From assembly GCA_013374015.1 (NCBI GenBank), contig BLLL01000012.1, forward strand, positions 11,712-75,711: a stretch of 64,000 bases of DNA, in the 5' to 3' direction. The translations under genes were made by a program, and so were the position numbers. Under the pieces are notes generated by a model. That model did not search any database, was not told where the DNA came from, and saw only the letters and a list, made by a program, of their open reading frames with translations. This DNA comes from Candidatus Desulfovibrio kirbyi. GTDB taxonomy: Bacteria > Desulfobacterota > Desulfovibrionia > Desulfovibrionales > Desulfovibrionaceae. Below are positions 29,764 through 40,027 of the stretch, piece after piece. Position 1 is the stretch's first letter. Each line of letters begins with the position of its first letter.

Positions 29764-29866
29764 GCTGATTCTCTCCTGCAACGATTAAAAATCTTATAGT
29801 GCCGTTCTTACATAGTGTATAGCAAATTTTTCTAATATGCAATGTTTTTATTAAGAATCTGTCTGG

Positions 29867-30910
29867 TTAAGGCGCATTGGACGGCGTGTCGGAGTCTGTT
29901 TCCTGAGCGGGAGTTGTATCCGGACGAATGTCCTCGTCTTCGATCGGGTAGGAAGGTTGTGCCTTTGGAGACGACGAGGTCGTGCTCAGGGTCTGGCTTA
30001 TGTGTGACGAAACTTTGACTGTGGCCGCGGCGAGGCTGTTTTCAAGCCAACGGTCAAAGAGTTCTTTTTTTTCCTGTTCGAGCAGAATACGTTCAATCAA
30101 CGGATACGCTGCAGAAATTTCCAGAATGTGCGCTGCGGTTCGTTCAGCCAGGCAGACGCTGCGCCATGTGCCTTCTTCTTGCCGCAGCGGCGCACATGAG
30201 CCGGGAGCAAGTTTTTGCACGTCTTCTTTCCACAGGCAGGGCAGTTCGTCATTGAGCACGGCAAGGCATTGTACCGACGGACAGGCAGGCGGCTTGCCCA
30301 CACCAGAAAAAGCGCCGCAAAAGGCCGCTGCCTTGTCGCGATCCTCACTGGAAACAAAACAGACAGTCTGGGTCGCGGGTATCTGGAACTGCGCCAGATG
30401 CTCATTGTAGTATGCCCGCACTCTGGGCAGCTGAATACGGATTTCTGGCAGCAAAACGTGTTTTTCAAAGCTTATCATGGACAGATGGTCACGCAAAAGA
30501 TTGCGCCAGTCAATTGCGTCCAGAGAGGCGTCCGTCAAAAACCTGGAAAACGCTCCGTCGCCGTAATCCGCGCGTATGTCGGCCAGTTCCTTGTCCAGCG
30601 CAGGCTCGCTTACGGGAATATGGAGACGCTGCAATTCCTGCCGCACAAGCGTGTAGACAATCAACGTGCCCAGCGCCTCACCGTAATGATTTTTTAATGT
30701 TTCAAGCGACAGACGCGGCAACGTGCCCAGCGCAAAAGAACGACCGTCCAGCATGGCCTGCACGGTGCGCAGATAAATAGGCTCGTCGTTCACGGTGGCT
30801 ACAACGCCCTCCGGTGCACCAGTTTCGCCGCACCCTGCCGGCAACAGGCAAAGAAACAGCACGCACGCCCTCAGTGTTTCGCATGTCCACTTCAGAAAAA
30901 ACTGCGACAT
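29867..30910 (-). CDS. SurA N-terminal-domain-like lipoprotein chaperone
   Basis: Has the lipobox LLPAGC and a SurA_N-like region (ATVNDEPIYLRTVQ). The start was trimmed to ATG 30910. Confidence 0.55.
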   Translation of the reverse strand: MSQFFLKWTCETLRACVLFLCLLPAGCGETGAPEGVVATVNDEPIYLRTVQAMLDGRSFALGTLPRLSLETLKNHYGEALGTLIVYTLVRQELQRLHIPVSEPALDKELADIRADYGDGAFSRFLTDASLDAIDWRNLLRDHLSMISFEKHVLLPEIRIQLPRVRAYYNEHLAQFQIPATQTVCFVSSEDRDKAAAFCGAFSGVGKPPACPSVQCLAVLNDELPCLWKEDVQKLAPGSCAPLRQEEGTWRSVCLAERTAAHILEISAAYPLIERILLEQEKKELFDRWLENSLAAATVKVSSHISQTLSTTSSSPKAQPSYPIEDEDIRPDTTPAQETDSDTPSNAP

Positions 30911-30936
30911 AGTCAAGTTGTTCCACGATGTTACGT

Positions 30937-33900
30937 TTAGGATGCGGCCGCGTTTTCCAGCATACGGCGCGCGCTTTGCAAGGCTTCACTGAAAGAAATA
31001 TCCGCAGACAGCGGAAACGTCAACCCTGCCGGCGGGTTGAGGCGTACGCCCGGCGCGCGCGCCGCCAGTTCTATCAGGCGTTCCGGCCGCATGGCATTTT
31101 GCCCTTGTCGCCAGATCAACCGAATGTGGCCGCGGTATATGTCCGCTTTTTGCACTTGCAGGGTTGTAAGCAACTGCTTGAAATCCAGTATAGTTAAAAA
31201 ATTATCCAATTCTTCCGGAAACGTCCCGAAGCGGTCGCGCATGGCAAGGGCGGTTTCTTCTCTGGCAGCCCCGTTCACGGCGGATGTCAGGGCTTTATAG
31301 TAACGCAGCCGTTCACACCCGTCATCAATATATGTAGCCGGAATATGGGCGGGCAGCCCCAGTGAAAGTTCCGTTTCCATTGTTTGCATCGGAGGCGCGC
31401 CCTTAAGCTTGTTGACGGCCTCCTCAAGCATTTCCAAATACAAGTCCAGACCCATCCGGCCTATATGGCCGGACTGGGCTTCACCAAGGATATTGCCGGC
31501 GCCGCGCAGGCGCAAATCTTCCATGGCAATCTGAAACCCCGCGCCAAGATAGTCCATGTCCAGAATAATGCGCAGCCGTTCTTCCGCCGTTTCGCTTAGG
31601 CCTTCGCCCTCCGGGATAATGAAAAACGCGTAGGCTTGTCTGTCGCTGCGTCCCACGCGCCCGCGCAGTTGATACAACTGCCCCAGCCCGAACAGTTGCG
31701 CCTGGTCCACGACAAGCGTGTTGGCGCGCGGAAAATCCAGACCGGATTCCACAATGGAGGTGCACACCAGCACGTCCAGTTCTCCATGCCAGAAGCGGCG
31801 CATGGATTCTTCCAGCGCCGTCTCGCCCATCTGCCCGTGCGCGATGCCGATTTTTGCTTGCGGAACGAGTGTTCGCACATATTCGGCGACGCGCTCAATA
31901 CCCAGCACCCTGTTATACACCCAAAAAACCTGCCCCTCGCGCTCAATTTCGCGTTCGACAATTTTGCGCAGTGCAGCGTCGTCACGGCGCAGCACTGCCA
32001 TAGCCACAGGTTTGCGGTCCTGCGGGGCTGTTTCTATCACGGAAAGATCGCGTATCCCGGACATGGAAAGCTGCAAGGTGCGCGGAATGGGTGTTGCCGT
32101 GAGCGTCAGCACATCGACATTTTTTTTAAGCGCCTTAAGTTTTTCTTTGTGGCGCACGCCGAAGCGCTGTTCTTCATCCAGAATCAGCAAGGCCAGATTG
32201 GGCAGATTGACGTCGTTGGAAAGAATCCTGTGCGTGCCGATCAGAATATCTATTTGTCCTGTCGCGGCCGCCTTGAGGGTTTCTTTCTGGCGAATGCCCG
32301 AAACAAAGCGGCTCAAAAGCCCTACTGTTACGGGAAAGCCAGCCAGCCGCGCCCTGAATGTCTGGTAGTGCTGCTCGGCTAGCACAGTCGTCGGGCAGAG
32401 TATGGCCGTCTGCCTGCTTTCGGCGGCTACCCGGAAGGCGGCGCGCAACGCCACTTCTGTTTTGCCGAATCCCACATCGCCGCAGACAAGCCTGTCCATC
32501 GGCTCGGCTTTGTCCATATCGCTCAAAACATCCTGAATGGCTTTTGACTGGTCGGGGGTTTCTTCAAAACCAAAGCCGGCTTCAAATTCGTAATATAATT
32601 CCCCCGGCGGATCGTACCGAAAGCCCTTTGCAACCTTGCGCCAAGCGTACATTTCCACAAGATCGGCGGCAATTTTTTCAATGGACTTGTGGGCTTTTTC
32701 CCTGCTTGCCGCCCAACCGGCACCCCCCAGACGGTCAAGGGCCGGCTCGGCACCTTCGCCCGCCTTAAAGCGTTGAATCAATCCTATCCTGTCCGCGGGC
32801 ACATAGAGTTTGTCCTTGCCGGAATACTCAATAAGCAAAAAATCATTGGCAACCCGATTGATATCCAGATGATGCAGACCGGCAAAACGCCCGATGCCGT
32901 AGTCTCGGTGCACCAGCAGATCGCCGTTGCCCAGATTGTCAAAACTGTCCAACCCGTTGAATGCTCTGGAGGCAACGCGCGCTGTTTTTTCCGCGCGCGG
33001 ATACAGTATGTCTTCTCCAAGCGCCAGCGTATTGTCCCACACCAGTTCCGCACCTGCGCGAAACGGCGCGACAAGGGCAAACAACCCCTGATCTTCAGCG
33101 GCATAGCGCAAGGCGGGAACGATGTTTTCCTGCTCGGCCAGTTTTAAAAATTTTGTTCGTCCCCTTTCTGTCGCAAAACTCAAAATAACCTGACGGCGGC
33201 GGCTCCTCCATTCCTTGAGAGCCGCCGCAAGGGTTTGCCAGGGTCTGTCCTGCGCGCCCGGCGTAGAAAAGAGTTCGGCAAAAGAATGCAGACCGCGTTC
33301 ATGAAAATCCAGGCCGCTGCGTTCAACGCCAATAACCAGCGGTTCGGCAAAAATGCGCTGAAAGTTCCGCCACGGCATCTGTTGGGTGTTTTTGCGCAGC
33401 GCAAGATTTGCCGGCTGCGGAATCGCGGCCTCGGGATTTTCTAACGCCTCCTTAAGCGCAAGCCATCCGTTGGTGAGGGCTTCGGCGCTGTCCGACTCTC
33501 CCGGGAGCAGCCACAGGGTGTCCGGCGCCAGCCAGTCCTCCAAGGAGCTTGCCGCCTCAAACACAGACCCGGGCAAAACGCCGGCGCTGTTTGAATCCAG
33601 CGCTTTTTTTATGGAATACCAAGTGGTTTCATTTATCCTGCCTTCGTTGAACAGTCGGTCGCACCGCTTGAGCGCCGTTGTCAGATCGCTCCTGTTCAGG
33701 GCGAGCGGACTCGCCGGCAGCAGAGTCATTTCTGCCAATGTTTCAATGGATCGTTGGCTTTCAGGATCAAAAAGGCGCAGTTCTTCAACAGAGTCGCCAA
33801 AAAATTCGATGCGCACGGGTTTTGTGTATCCGGTGGGAAAAATGTCCAGAATATCACCGCGTCGCGCTATATCGCCGGGGCGATTGACCAGTCTGACGCG

Positions 33901-34395
33901 CTCATAGCCCCACTCTACAGCCTGTTCAAGAATAAGCTCTGGGGAATATTCATGATTTTTTTGCAAATCAAGACTGCGTGTTGTAAAAAAATTGGTGGGC
34001 ATGTAGCGCAAAAGCAGGCTTTCCGGCGAGGCCACAATACAGCGCGGCTTACCGAGAGCAAGCGCATAGAAGGCCGAGAGTCGCGCAGGCCAGCTTTCTT
34101 TGCCCCGCGACAAATTTGTGGGATTTGTGGGGGGCAGCGCAAGGCAAGGACGTTCCCAATCAGGCATGCCAACGGGGATATCTCCCACGGAAAGCGTTGG
34201 GGTAAACAAGATCAGTAGAGCGCGGGCAGCGGCATATTCCACACGGGTTCCGGCAAGCAGCACTACGCTGCGTTTTTCAGAAAGCGCCAAGCAGGCCAAG
34301 CGGCAGCGCGTAGCCATGCCCGCGCGTTCTATTGAATACTGTGTGTCAGAAGGGCGCGCTGTCCGAATTGCCAATAATGTGTTGAGAACCGACAT
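30937..34395 (-). CDS. mfd: transcription-repair coupling factor
   Basis: The 1152-aa protein has UvrB-homology, CarD/RID (LVHRDYGIGRF) and superfamily-2 helicase (GDVGFGKTEVA, DEEQRFG) modules and a TRG motif. Confidence 0.95.
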   Translation of the reverse strand: MSVLNTLLAIRTARPSDTQYSIERAGMATRCRLACLALSEKRSVVLLAGTRVEYAAARALLILFTPTLSVGDIPVGMPDWERPCLALPPTNPTNLSRGKESWPARLSAFYALALGKPRCIVASPESLLLRYMPTNFFTTRSLDLQKNHEYSPELILEQAVEWGYERVRLVNRPGDIARRGDILDIFPTGYTKPVRIEFFGDSVEELRLFDPESQRSIETLAEMTLLPASPLALNRSDLTTALKRCDRLFNEGRINETTWYSIKKALDSNSAGVLPGSVFEAASSLEDWLAPDTLWLLPGESDSAEALTNGWLALKEALENPEAAIPQPANLALRKNTQQMPWRNFQRIFAEPLVIGVERSGLDFHERGLHSFAELFSTPGAQDRPWQTLAAALKEWRSRRRQVILSFATERGRTKFLKLAEQENIVPALRYAAEDQGLFALVAPFRAGAELVWDNTLALGEDILYPRAEKTARVASRAFNGLDSFDNLGNGDLLVHRDYGIGRFAGLHHLDINRVANDFLLIEYSGKDKLYVPADRIGLIQRFKAGEGAEPALDRLGGAGWAASREKAHKSIEKIAADLVEMYAWRKVAKGFRYDPPGELYYEFEAGFGFEETPDQSKAIQDVLSDMDKAEPMDRLVCGDVGFGKTEVALRAAFRVAAESRQTAILCPTTVLAEQHYQTFRARLAGFPVTVGLLSRFVSGIRQKETLKAAATGQIDILIGTHRILSNDVNLPNLALLILDEEQRFGVRHKEKLKALKKNVDVLTLTATPIPRTLQLSMSGIRDLSVIETAPQDRKPVAMAVLRRDDAALRKIVEREIEREGQVFWVYNRVLGIERVAEYVRTLVPQAKIGIAHGQMGETALEESMRRFWHGELDVLVCTSIVESGLDFPRANTLVVDQAQLFGLGQLYQLRGRVGRSDRQAYAFFIIPEGEGLSETAEERLRIILDMDYLGAGFQIAMEDLRLRGAGNILGEAQSGHIGRMGLDLYLEMLEEAVNKLKGAPPMQTMETELSLGLPAHIPATYIDDGCERLRYYKALTSAVNGAAREETALAMRDRFGTFPEELDNFLTILDFKQLLTTLQVQKADIYRGHIRLIWRQGQNAMRPERLIELAARAPGVRLNPPAGLTFPLSADISFSEALQSARRMLENAAAS

Positions 34396-34426
34396 GGTAT
34401 GCGGTCACTGCCCGCGAAATGCGCAG

Positions 34427-34747
34427 TTAGTGAGGAGCGCAGCCTCCGGAACACGAGCAGCATCCGCTCTCGCCGGAGAATTCCAGAGGCAACAGCGATT
34501 TTACCATAAAGCCCATATAGCCCAAATCAATAGTCACGCCCTGCACCTGGACCAGCAATTCCCTGCTGATGCAAAACGTGAAGCCGTCTTTTTCAGCGGT
34601 GATGTCGCGGTCGTTTGGCGTGTCCATTGCCAGCGTAAGGCGGGGACCGCCGCAACCACCCGTCGCGTAAATCCTGATGGGTGATTTTTCCTTGTCCGCA
34701 AAAAAGGCGTCAAGCTCCTTGCGGGCAGATTCTGTCAACTCCAGCAT
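34427..34747 (-). CDS. HesB/IscA-like small protein with Cys-rich C-terminus
   Basis: Contains the HesB-like segments LTESARKEL and IRIYATGGCGGPRLTLAMD, and ends in GCCSCSGGCAPH. Confidence 0.55.
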   Translation of the reverse strand: MLELTESARKELDAFFADKEKSPIRIYATGGCGGPRLTLAMDTPNDRDITAEKDGFTFCISRELLVQVQGVTIDLGYMGFMVKSLLPLEFSGESGCCSCSGGCAPH

Positions 34748-34900
34748 ACTTCCTCCGAGCCGTCAGGAGGGATTGACAAAAAATATATTTTTTTATTGTA
34801 CAAATTTTCCACAAAATTTTTTGCTACCAACAGTTATACCAACAAAAAAAGTTGTGCCCATAACCCACTGTTTTCAAATACGACTGGAACTACAAAAAGT

Positions 34901-35078
34901 CAAGCCCATCTTGGATTATCAAGATTTGACCATTGAGGAAGCTGTAGCCGCTCAGGGAGCACAAGTGAAATTTCCACCTGGTCAGCCCGATCTGAATCCC
35001 ATTGGGAAAATGTGGTGCAAATTCAAGCAATGTCTTCGTGGAATGAAAGCAATTGGATACGCGTCCTTATTGCGCTGA
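34901..35078 (+). pseudogene. IS630/Tc1-mariner-family transposase C-terminal remnant
   Basis: VKFPPGQPDLNPIGKMWCKFKQCLR matches the conserved FLPPYSPDLNPIE.W.K.K..LR tail that includes the last acidic residue of the DDE triad. Nothing upstream of it resembles the rest of the transposase. Confidence 0.55.
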
Positions 35079-36128
35079 CAAGGCGTCTGCCTGCGCCGCT
35101 GTAGCCAGCGGCTCAAGCAGTGGCGCCATTTCGCCCGCCATAATCCTGTCGAGCGAATACAGGGTCAGATTTATACGATGGTCTGTGCAGCGCCCTTGGG
35201 GGAAGTTGTAGGTGCGAATGCGCTCCGAGCGGTCGCCGCTGCCCACTTGTGCTTTGCGATCAGCTGATATTTCAGAGTGTTGACGTTCGCGTTCCGTTGC
35301 GAGTATGCGCGAGGCCAGCACCTTCATGGCTTTGGCCTTATTTTTGTGCTGGGAGCGCTCGTCCTGACAGGTCACGACAGTACCTGTGGAAATGTGCGTG
35401 ATGCGCACGGCGGATTCTGTCTTGTTGACGTGCTGGCCGCCCGCGCCAGAGGCGCGGTAGATATCAATGCGCAGATCGTCCGGCTTTATCTCCACGTCCA
35501 CTTCTTCCGCTTCCGGCATAACAGCCACTGTGGCCGCCGATGTGTGTATGCGCCCCTGGGCATCAGTTGCCGGCACACGCTGCACACGGTGGGTGCCGGC
35601 TTCGTATTTGAGGCGACTGTACACTTTGCTACCTGTTACAAGGCAAATTATTTCCTTGTATCCTCCTGATTCAGAAGGAGATTCGCTCATGATCTCCACC
35701 TTCCATCCTTGCAGATCCGCATAGTGGGCATACATGCGGAAAAGGTCTGCCGCAAACAGGGAGGCTTCATCGCCGCCGGTCCCTGCACGAATTTCTAGAA
35801 GCGTATTTTTTTCATCCAGAGGATCGGCAGGCAGCAAAGCTACCTTGAACTGTTGTACAAAGCGGGGTAACTGGGCTTCGGCCTTACGGATTTCCTCCTG
35901 GGCAAGGGTTCTGATTTCCGGGTCCTCATCGTGCAGCAACTGTCTGTTTTCCGCCATTTCACGCTGCAAGGCGCGGTGGCTGCGAAAGAGGGAAACAATT
36001 TCGCGCAAATCCGCATGCGCCTTGGCAAGCTTGCGGTACTGCTCCTGGTCGTTGAATATTTCGGGCCGGGACAGGCTTTCTTCCAGTTCCAGATATTTTT
36101 TTTCAAGGCTTTCCAGTTTGGCAAACAT
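35067..36128 (-). CDS. prfA: peptide chain release factor 1
   Basis: Contains PAT-type recognition (VPATDAQGR) and the GGQ motif SGAGGQHVNKTESAVR. The start was trimmed to ATG 36128 (MFAKLESLE). Confidence 0.95.
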   Translation of the reverse strand: MFAKLESLEKKYLELEESLSRPEIFNDQEQYRKLAKAHADLREIVSLFRSHRALQREMAENRQLLHDEDPEIRTLAQEEIRKAEAQLPRFVQQFKVALLPADPLDEKNTLLEIRAGTGGDEASLFAADLFRMYAHYADLQGWKVEIMSESPSESGGYKEIICLVTGSKVYSRLKYEAGTHRVQRVPATDAQGRIHTSAATVAVMPEAEEVDVEIKPDDLRIDIYRASGAGGQHVNKTESAVRITHISTGTVVTCQDERSQHKNKAKAMKVLASRILATERERQHSEISADRKAQVGSGDRSERIRTYNFPQGRCTDHRINLTLYSLDRIMAGEMAPLLEPLATAAQADALSAQ

Positions 36129-36308
36129 ACGTATCTCCGGGTAAACATCAGGCGTGCTGTCTTCATACAGTTGTAGTGCAGGGGGCAGTACGGATGGAGG
36201 CGCCCTCTTCTTCGCCGATAGACTGCCCGCCGATGTACCTGCACTCGTCCGACTCCGCATGCGGGCAAGGGCGAAAAATATCGCGTGATCGGAAAAAAGG
36301 CGTGGGTA

Positions 36309-36518
36309 TTATTTTTCAAATTTTGCATATTTTTTACGGAATCTGTCAATACGGCCGGCCGTGTCTAGAAAACGCTGTTTTCCCGTAAAGAAGGGATGAC
36401 ATGCCGAGCAGACTTCCACACGCACCTCTTCTCCCTTTGTGGAAAGCACCTGTTCCTTGTTACCGCAGGCGCAGGTGACGGTTGCGTTGTATACCTTGGG
36501 GTGAATGTCTTTTTTCAT
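36309..36518 (-). CDS. rpmE: 50S ribosomal protein L31 (Cys-containing form)
   Basis: [10 protein letters not shown]...CACG...[12 protein letters not shown] matches L31. Confidence 0.95.
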   Translation of the reverse strand: MKKDIHPKVYNATVTCACGNKEQVLSTKGEEVRVEVCSACHPFFTGKQRFLDTAGRIDRFRKKYAKFEK

Positions 36519-36601
36519 ACTGCGTACCTTATACTGATGAATGCTGCAAAGCGTGATCAGAAATAATTTGTTTAGTTCTTTTTGAAAGATTATGCAAGCG
36601 C

Positions 36602-36703
36602 TCTTTTATTCCAAGATATAGCGCATGGGATTCACCCTTGCGCGTAAGCAACAATGCCCCATCGTCCATCTTTTATTCCAAGATATAGCGCATGGGATTC
36701 ACC
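36602..36703. repeat. 35-bp perfect direct repeat (copies at 36602-36636 and 36669-36703)
   Basis: TCTTTTATTCCAAGATATAGCGCATGGGATTCACC occurs twice, 67 bp apart. The second copy is the stop-proximal end of the M23 peptidase gene. Confidence 0.9.
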
Positions 36704-37569
36704 GGCATGCCGTTGAGGCGTACTTCATAGTGCAGATGCGGCCCGGTTGAGCGTCCGCTCGTGCCGACATAGCCTATGATCTCGCCCCGTTTGACCCACT
36801 GCCCCTCCTTTACCGCCCAGCGCTGCAAGTGCGCATATTTTGTAATAATACCGCCGCCGTGGTCGATTTCTAGGCTGTTGCCGTAGGCGCCGTCAAGGGC
36901 GACTAGGACGACCGTGCCCTGGGCAGGCGCGACAACCGGAGTGCCAATGCGGTTGTTGATGTCCAGACCTTTGTGGAACTCGCTTGAGCGACCGTTGAAC
37001 GGGGAAGATCGCGGGCCGAAACTTGAGGAAATGAAGCCGGCAGTCGGCCAGATGGAAGGCATGGAGGCCAGTATACCCCGGTTGTTGCGCAGAGCGCGCA
37101 AAAGACCCTGTTGCAGCACTTCCTCAAGACGGGCGGATTCTGAAAGCTTTGTTAAATAATCTTGCATATTCCGCACCGCCAGCGCCTGACGGTGCAGCGG
37201 CAGATAGGTGTGTGAAAAATCAGCAAGCCTATCGCCGCCTATCTCAGTCGGATCTTTTTCCATATTCATCATCATGCGCAGTTTGGCGTTAAAATTCTGC
37301 ACACGCTGCAAATCCTTGCTGAAGATTGTGATTCGTTCGGCCAATCCGGCAAGCTGGCGGCGCTGTTCTTCAAGAGTACGGTTGGCGTTGTTCAGGTTTT
37401 CCCGCAAGTGCACGGCCTGCACCCACTCTCGCGCAAGCCACACTGTGCAGCCCGCAAGCACCATGACAAAAATGAAGGCGGCAAAGCCGAACCAGCCGCG
37501 CAGGCGCAGATTGCGGCTGCCGCTACGTCCCTCCTTGAAGATGACGATATGGTATTTGCCGAGCAGCAT
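36673..37569 (-). CDS. M23-family peptidoglycan metalloendopeptidase with N-terminal TM and coiled coil
   Basis: The LytM-domain motifs HKGLDI and GSTGRSTGPHLHYEV are present. Confidence 0.85.
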   Translation of the reverse strand: MLLGKYHIVIFKEGRSGSRNLRLRGWFGFAAFIFVMVLAGCTVWLAREWVQAVHLRENLNNANRTLEEQRRQLAGLAERITIFSKDLQRVQNFNAKLRMMMNMEKDPTEIGGDRLADFSHTYLPLHRQALAVRNMQDYLTKLSESARLEEVLQQGLLRALRNNRGILASMPSIWPTAGFISSSFGPRSSPFNGRSSEFHKGLDINNRIGTPVVAPAQGTVVLVALDGAYGNSLEIDHGGGIITKYAHLQRWAVKEGQWVKRGEIIGYVGTSGRSTGPHLHYEVRLNGMPVNPMRYILE

Positions 37570-37572
37570 GGG

Positions 37573-38631
37573 TTATTTCGCGTCCGGGGAAGCCATTCCC
37601 AGATGTTTGTACGCCCGCGCCGTGGCCATGCGCCCGCGCGGCGTGCGTTTCAAAAAACCGCACTGGATCAGGTACGGCTCATAAATGTCCTCAATAGTCC
37701 GCACTTCTTCTGAACACGCCACAGCCAGCGTCTTGACGCCAACAGGCCCGCCTTCATAGTGTTTGATAAGCACTTCAAGGAGCTTGCGGTCCATCTGGTC
37801 TAATCCGTCGTTGTCCACATCCATGCGTTCCAGCGCGGCGACGGCTTCCTGCTCAGTCACCAGCCCGTTGCCGCGCATCAGGGCGAAATCCCGCACACGC
37901 CGCAAAAGGCGGTTGGCTATACGCGGCGTGCCGCGTGAGCGTCTGCCTATTTCCCGCGCGCCGTCAGGGGTCACCTCCACTTGTAAAATTTGTGCCGTAC
38001 GCAGGACAATACGGGACAAATCCTGCGGGGCATAGTATTCAATGCGCGCGAGAATGCCGAAACGGTCTCTCAAGGGCGAGGCAATCAGACCCATGCGCGT
38101 GGTGGCGCCGATCAGTGTAAAGGGGTTCAGATCAATTTTGACGGTACGTGCGGCCGGCCCCTGGCCTATGACCAGATCCAGCTTGAAATCTTCCATTGCC
38201 GGGTACAAAATTTCTTCCACGGCAACGGGCATACGGTGTATTTCGTCCACAAACAGCATGTCGCGGCTGTTCAGAGAGGTCAAAATTGCGGCCAGATCGC
38301 CGCTACGTTCAAGCACAGGACCTGACGTGCACACGAGGTTGACGCCCATTTCCGAGGCCATAATTTGTGCGAGCGTTGTTTTGCCAAGACCGGGATTGCC
38401 ATAAAACAGCGTATGGTCAAGCGCTTTACCACGTTCTTTAGCCGCCCCAAGGTACACGCGCAGATTGGCGCGCAGTTCGTTTTGCCCGATAAAATCGTCC
38501 AGGCTGCGCGGCCGGACATTTTCGTCTAGGCTTTCAACCCAGTGTTTTTCCATATCCGTCGGAGCGTCCAGCGACATGTCCTGTTGCGCAACCGCGGTTG
38601 CGTCACTGTCGGCAATACCGGCAAGCGTCAT
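37573..38631 (-). CDS. ruvB: Holliday junction DNA helicase RuvB
   Basis: [11 protein letters not shown], Walker [10 protein letters not shown] and DEIHR are characteristic of RuvB. Confidence 0.95.
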   Translation of the reverse strand: MTLAGIADSDATAVAQQDMSLDAPTDMEKHWVESLDENVRPRSLDDFIGQNELRANLRVYLGAAKERGKALDHTLFYGNPGLGKTTLAQIMASEMGVNLVCTSGPVLERSGDLAAILTSLNSRDMLFVDEIHRMPVAVEEILYPAMEDFKLDLVIGQGPAARTVKIDLNPFTLIGATTRMGLIASPLRDRFGILARIEYYAPQDLSRIVLRTAQILQVEVTPDGAREIGRRSRGTPRIANRLLRRVRDFALMRGNGLVTEQEAVAALERMDVDNDGLDQMDRKLLEVLIKHYEGGPVGVKTLAVACSEEVRTIEDIYEPYLIQCGFLKRTPRGRMATARAYKHLGMASPDAK

Positions 38632-39242
38632 TGCCGTTTCCTAGCGGCCATCGCTTTAAGCGTTGCGCGGAGGACTTCTGTCACGTCCATATCCTGTTCT
38701 TCCTGAAGAAGTTTTTTGATCAACGGCGCGCATTCATCTTCGGAATATCCGAGATTGATCAGCCCCGCAAGCGCGTCGCGGAATACCAATCCGGGGCGTT
38801 CCCCTGAGGTCGACGTGATCGGCAACGGGGCATCGTCCATCTTGAGTTTGTACTTAAGCTCCAAAAAAATATGCTGCGCAATTTTTTTGCCTATACCCGA
38901 AACCCGCGTCAACGCGGTGAGGTCTTCTTCCAGTACCAGACGCCGCAGATCGTCCGGCCTGAATACGGAGAGAACGGCCAATGCCGTGCGTGCGCCGACC
39001 TTGGAAATTGAGATCAGCACATCAAAGGTCAGGCGTTCCTCAAATGTGGCAAAGCCGTACAGTTCGTGAGCGTCCTCGCGCACAACAAGGCTTGTATGCA
39101 GAGCCGCCGTCTCCCCACTGCGCGGCAACGCCGCCAACGTGTGGGCGGGCACAGCCACTTCATAACCAATTCCGCCTGCCGTCACAATAAGACAAGAGGC
39201 ACCCCACAGTTCCGTCAGACGTCCTTCAAGGTAGGCTATCAT
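38628..39242 (-). CDS. ruvA: Holliday junction DNA helicase RuvA
   Basis: MIAYLEGRL...GGIGYEV is followed by HhH motifs. The start was trimmed to ATG 39242 (204 aa). The stop overlaps the ruvB start. Confidence 0.9.
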   Translation of the reverse strand: MIAYLEGRLTELWGASCLIVTAGGIGYEVAVPAHTLAALPRSGETAALHTSLVVREDAHELYGFATFEERLTFDVLISISKVGARTALAVLSVFRPDDLRRLVLEEDLTALTRVSGIGKKIAQHIFLELKYKLKMDDAPLPITSTSGERPGLVFRDALAGLINLGYSEDECAPLIKKLLQEEQDMDVTEVLRATLKAMAARKRQ

Positions 39243-39450
39243 GCCGCTTCTCCGTTTTTTCCGCAATAACGTATCATTGCGGATAAATTCAAATTTTTTG
39301 CCAGAAATAAAAATGGATTTATAGTGGAAAGCGTGAGGTGCAATGCGCGCACGGTAGAGATTGTCGTCCGCACGCCTGACGGCACCAGTAAAATTTTTGT
39401 TATGGAAGGGCGCTGACTCTCTTTTTATTTTCAGTTTTGTGTCCGTATGA

Positions 39451-40008
39451 CTAGGCGGTGTTATCTGTCTCATCATGACCAGGCAGTACGATACCAGCCG
39501 TCTGACCGTGTCCCTTGGAGCAATGGGTCTGCAGATGGCAAATCTCGCAACCACCCATGTGGGGATAGTGCGTTACCACGGCATACATCCGGTTGAGCGC
39601 GGGTCCCTCTCCCTTATAGGAGATACCCAGGCTGTTCAGGGCTTCGGCAAGAGCCGGAACGGGGCGCGGCACCGGGGCGCAACCTCTGATTTCAACCTCC
39701 GGCAGAATCTCCTGTACGGCGGACATACACAGAAATTGTGCAAGATTATTGTACAGATGCCCTTCAGAAGGGGACACTGCCCATCGTTCTTCCACTGCTT
39801 TTTCAACCTGTTCGGGCAGCCAAGCTGCCAGCCAGACCGTAGTGTTGTTTGGTATTTCATACACGTTGAGCAGAGGCAGCCACTGTTCCCACAGGGTGGC
39901 AATCCGTTCCGCAACAGCCCCTCCAAGCCGCGTTTCTCGGCTCATGGTCATAAATGCCTCCATGTCAAAACAGGGCGTAACAGGGCGTTTGATGCGAACA
40001 GTCTGCAT
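39451..40008 (-). CDS. hypothetical protein with C-terminal Cys/His cluster (GGCEICHLQTHC)
   Basis: A 185-aa ORF lying 20 nt downstream of the lipoprotein gene on the same strand. I recognise no family. Confidence 0.5.
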   Translation of the reverse strand: MQTVRIKRPVTPCFDMEAFMTMSRETRLGGAVAERIATLWEQWLPLLNVYEIPNNTTVWLAAWLPEQVEKAVEERWAVSPSEGHLYNNLAQFLCMSAVQEILPEVEIRGCAPVPRPVPALAEALNSLGISYKGEGPALNRMYAVVTHYPHMGGCEICHLQTHCSKGHGQTAGIVLPGHDETDNTA

Positions 40009-40027
40009 AGGGCTGACCTTTTGGGGC

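Noticed and set aside
36529-36669. A 46-aa ORF between the M23 peptidase gene and rpmE that reads through the duplicated 35-mer in another frame.
   Set aside because: It has no RBS and an odd composition. It is created largely by the duplication itself.
39243-39554. A 104-aa N-terminal extension of the ruvA ORF.
   Set aside because: The canonical RuvA N-terminus MIAYLEGRL starts at ATG 39242. The extension overlaps the end of the upstream hypothetical gene in another frame.
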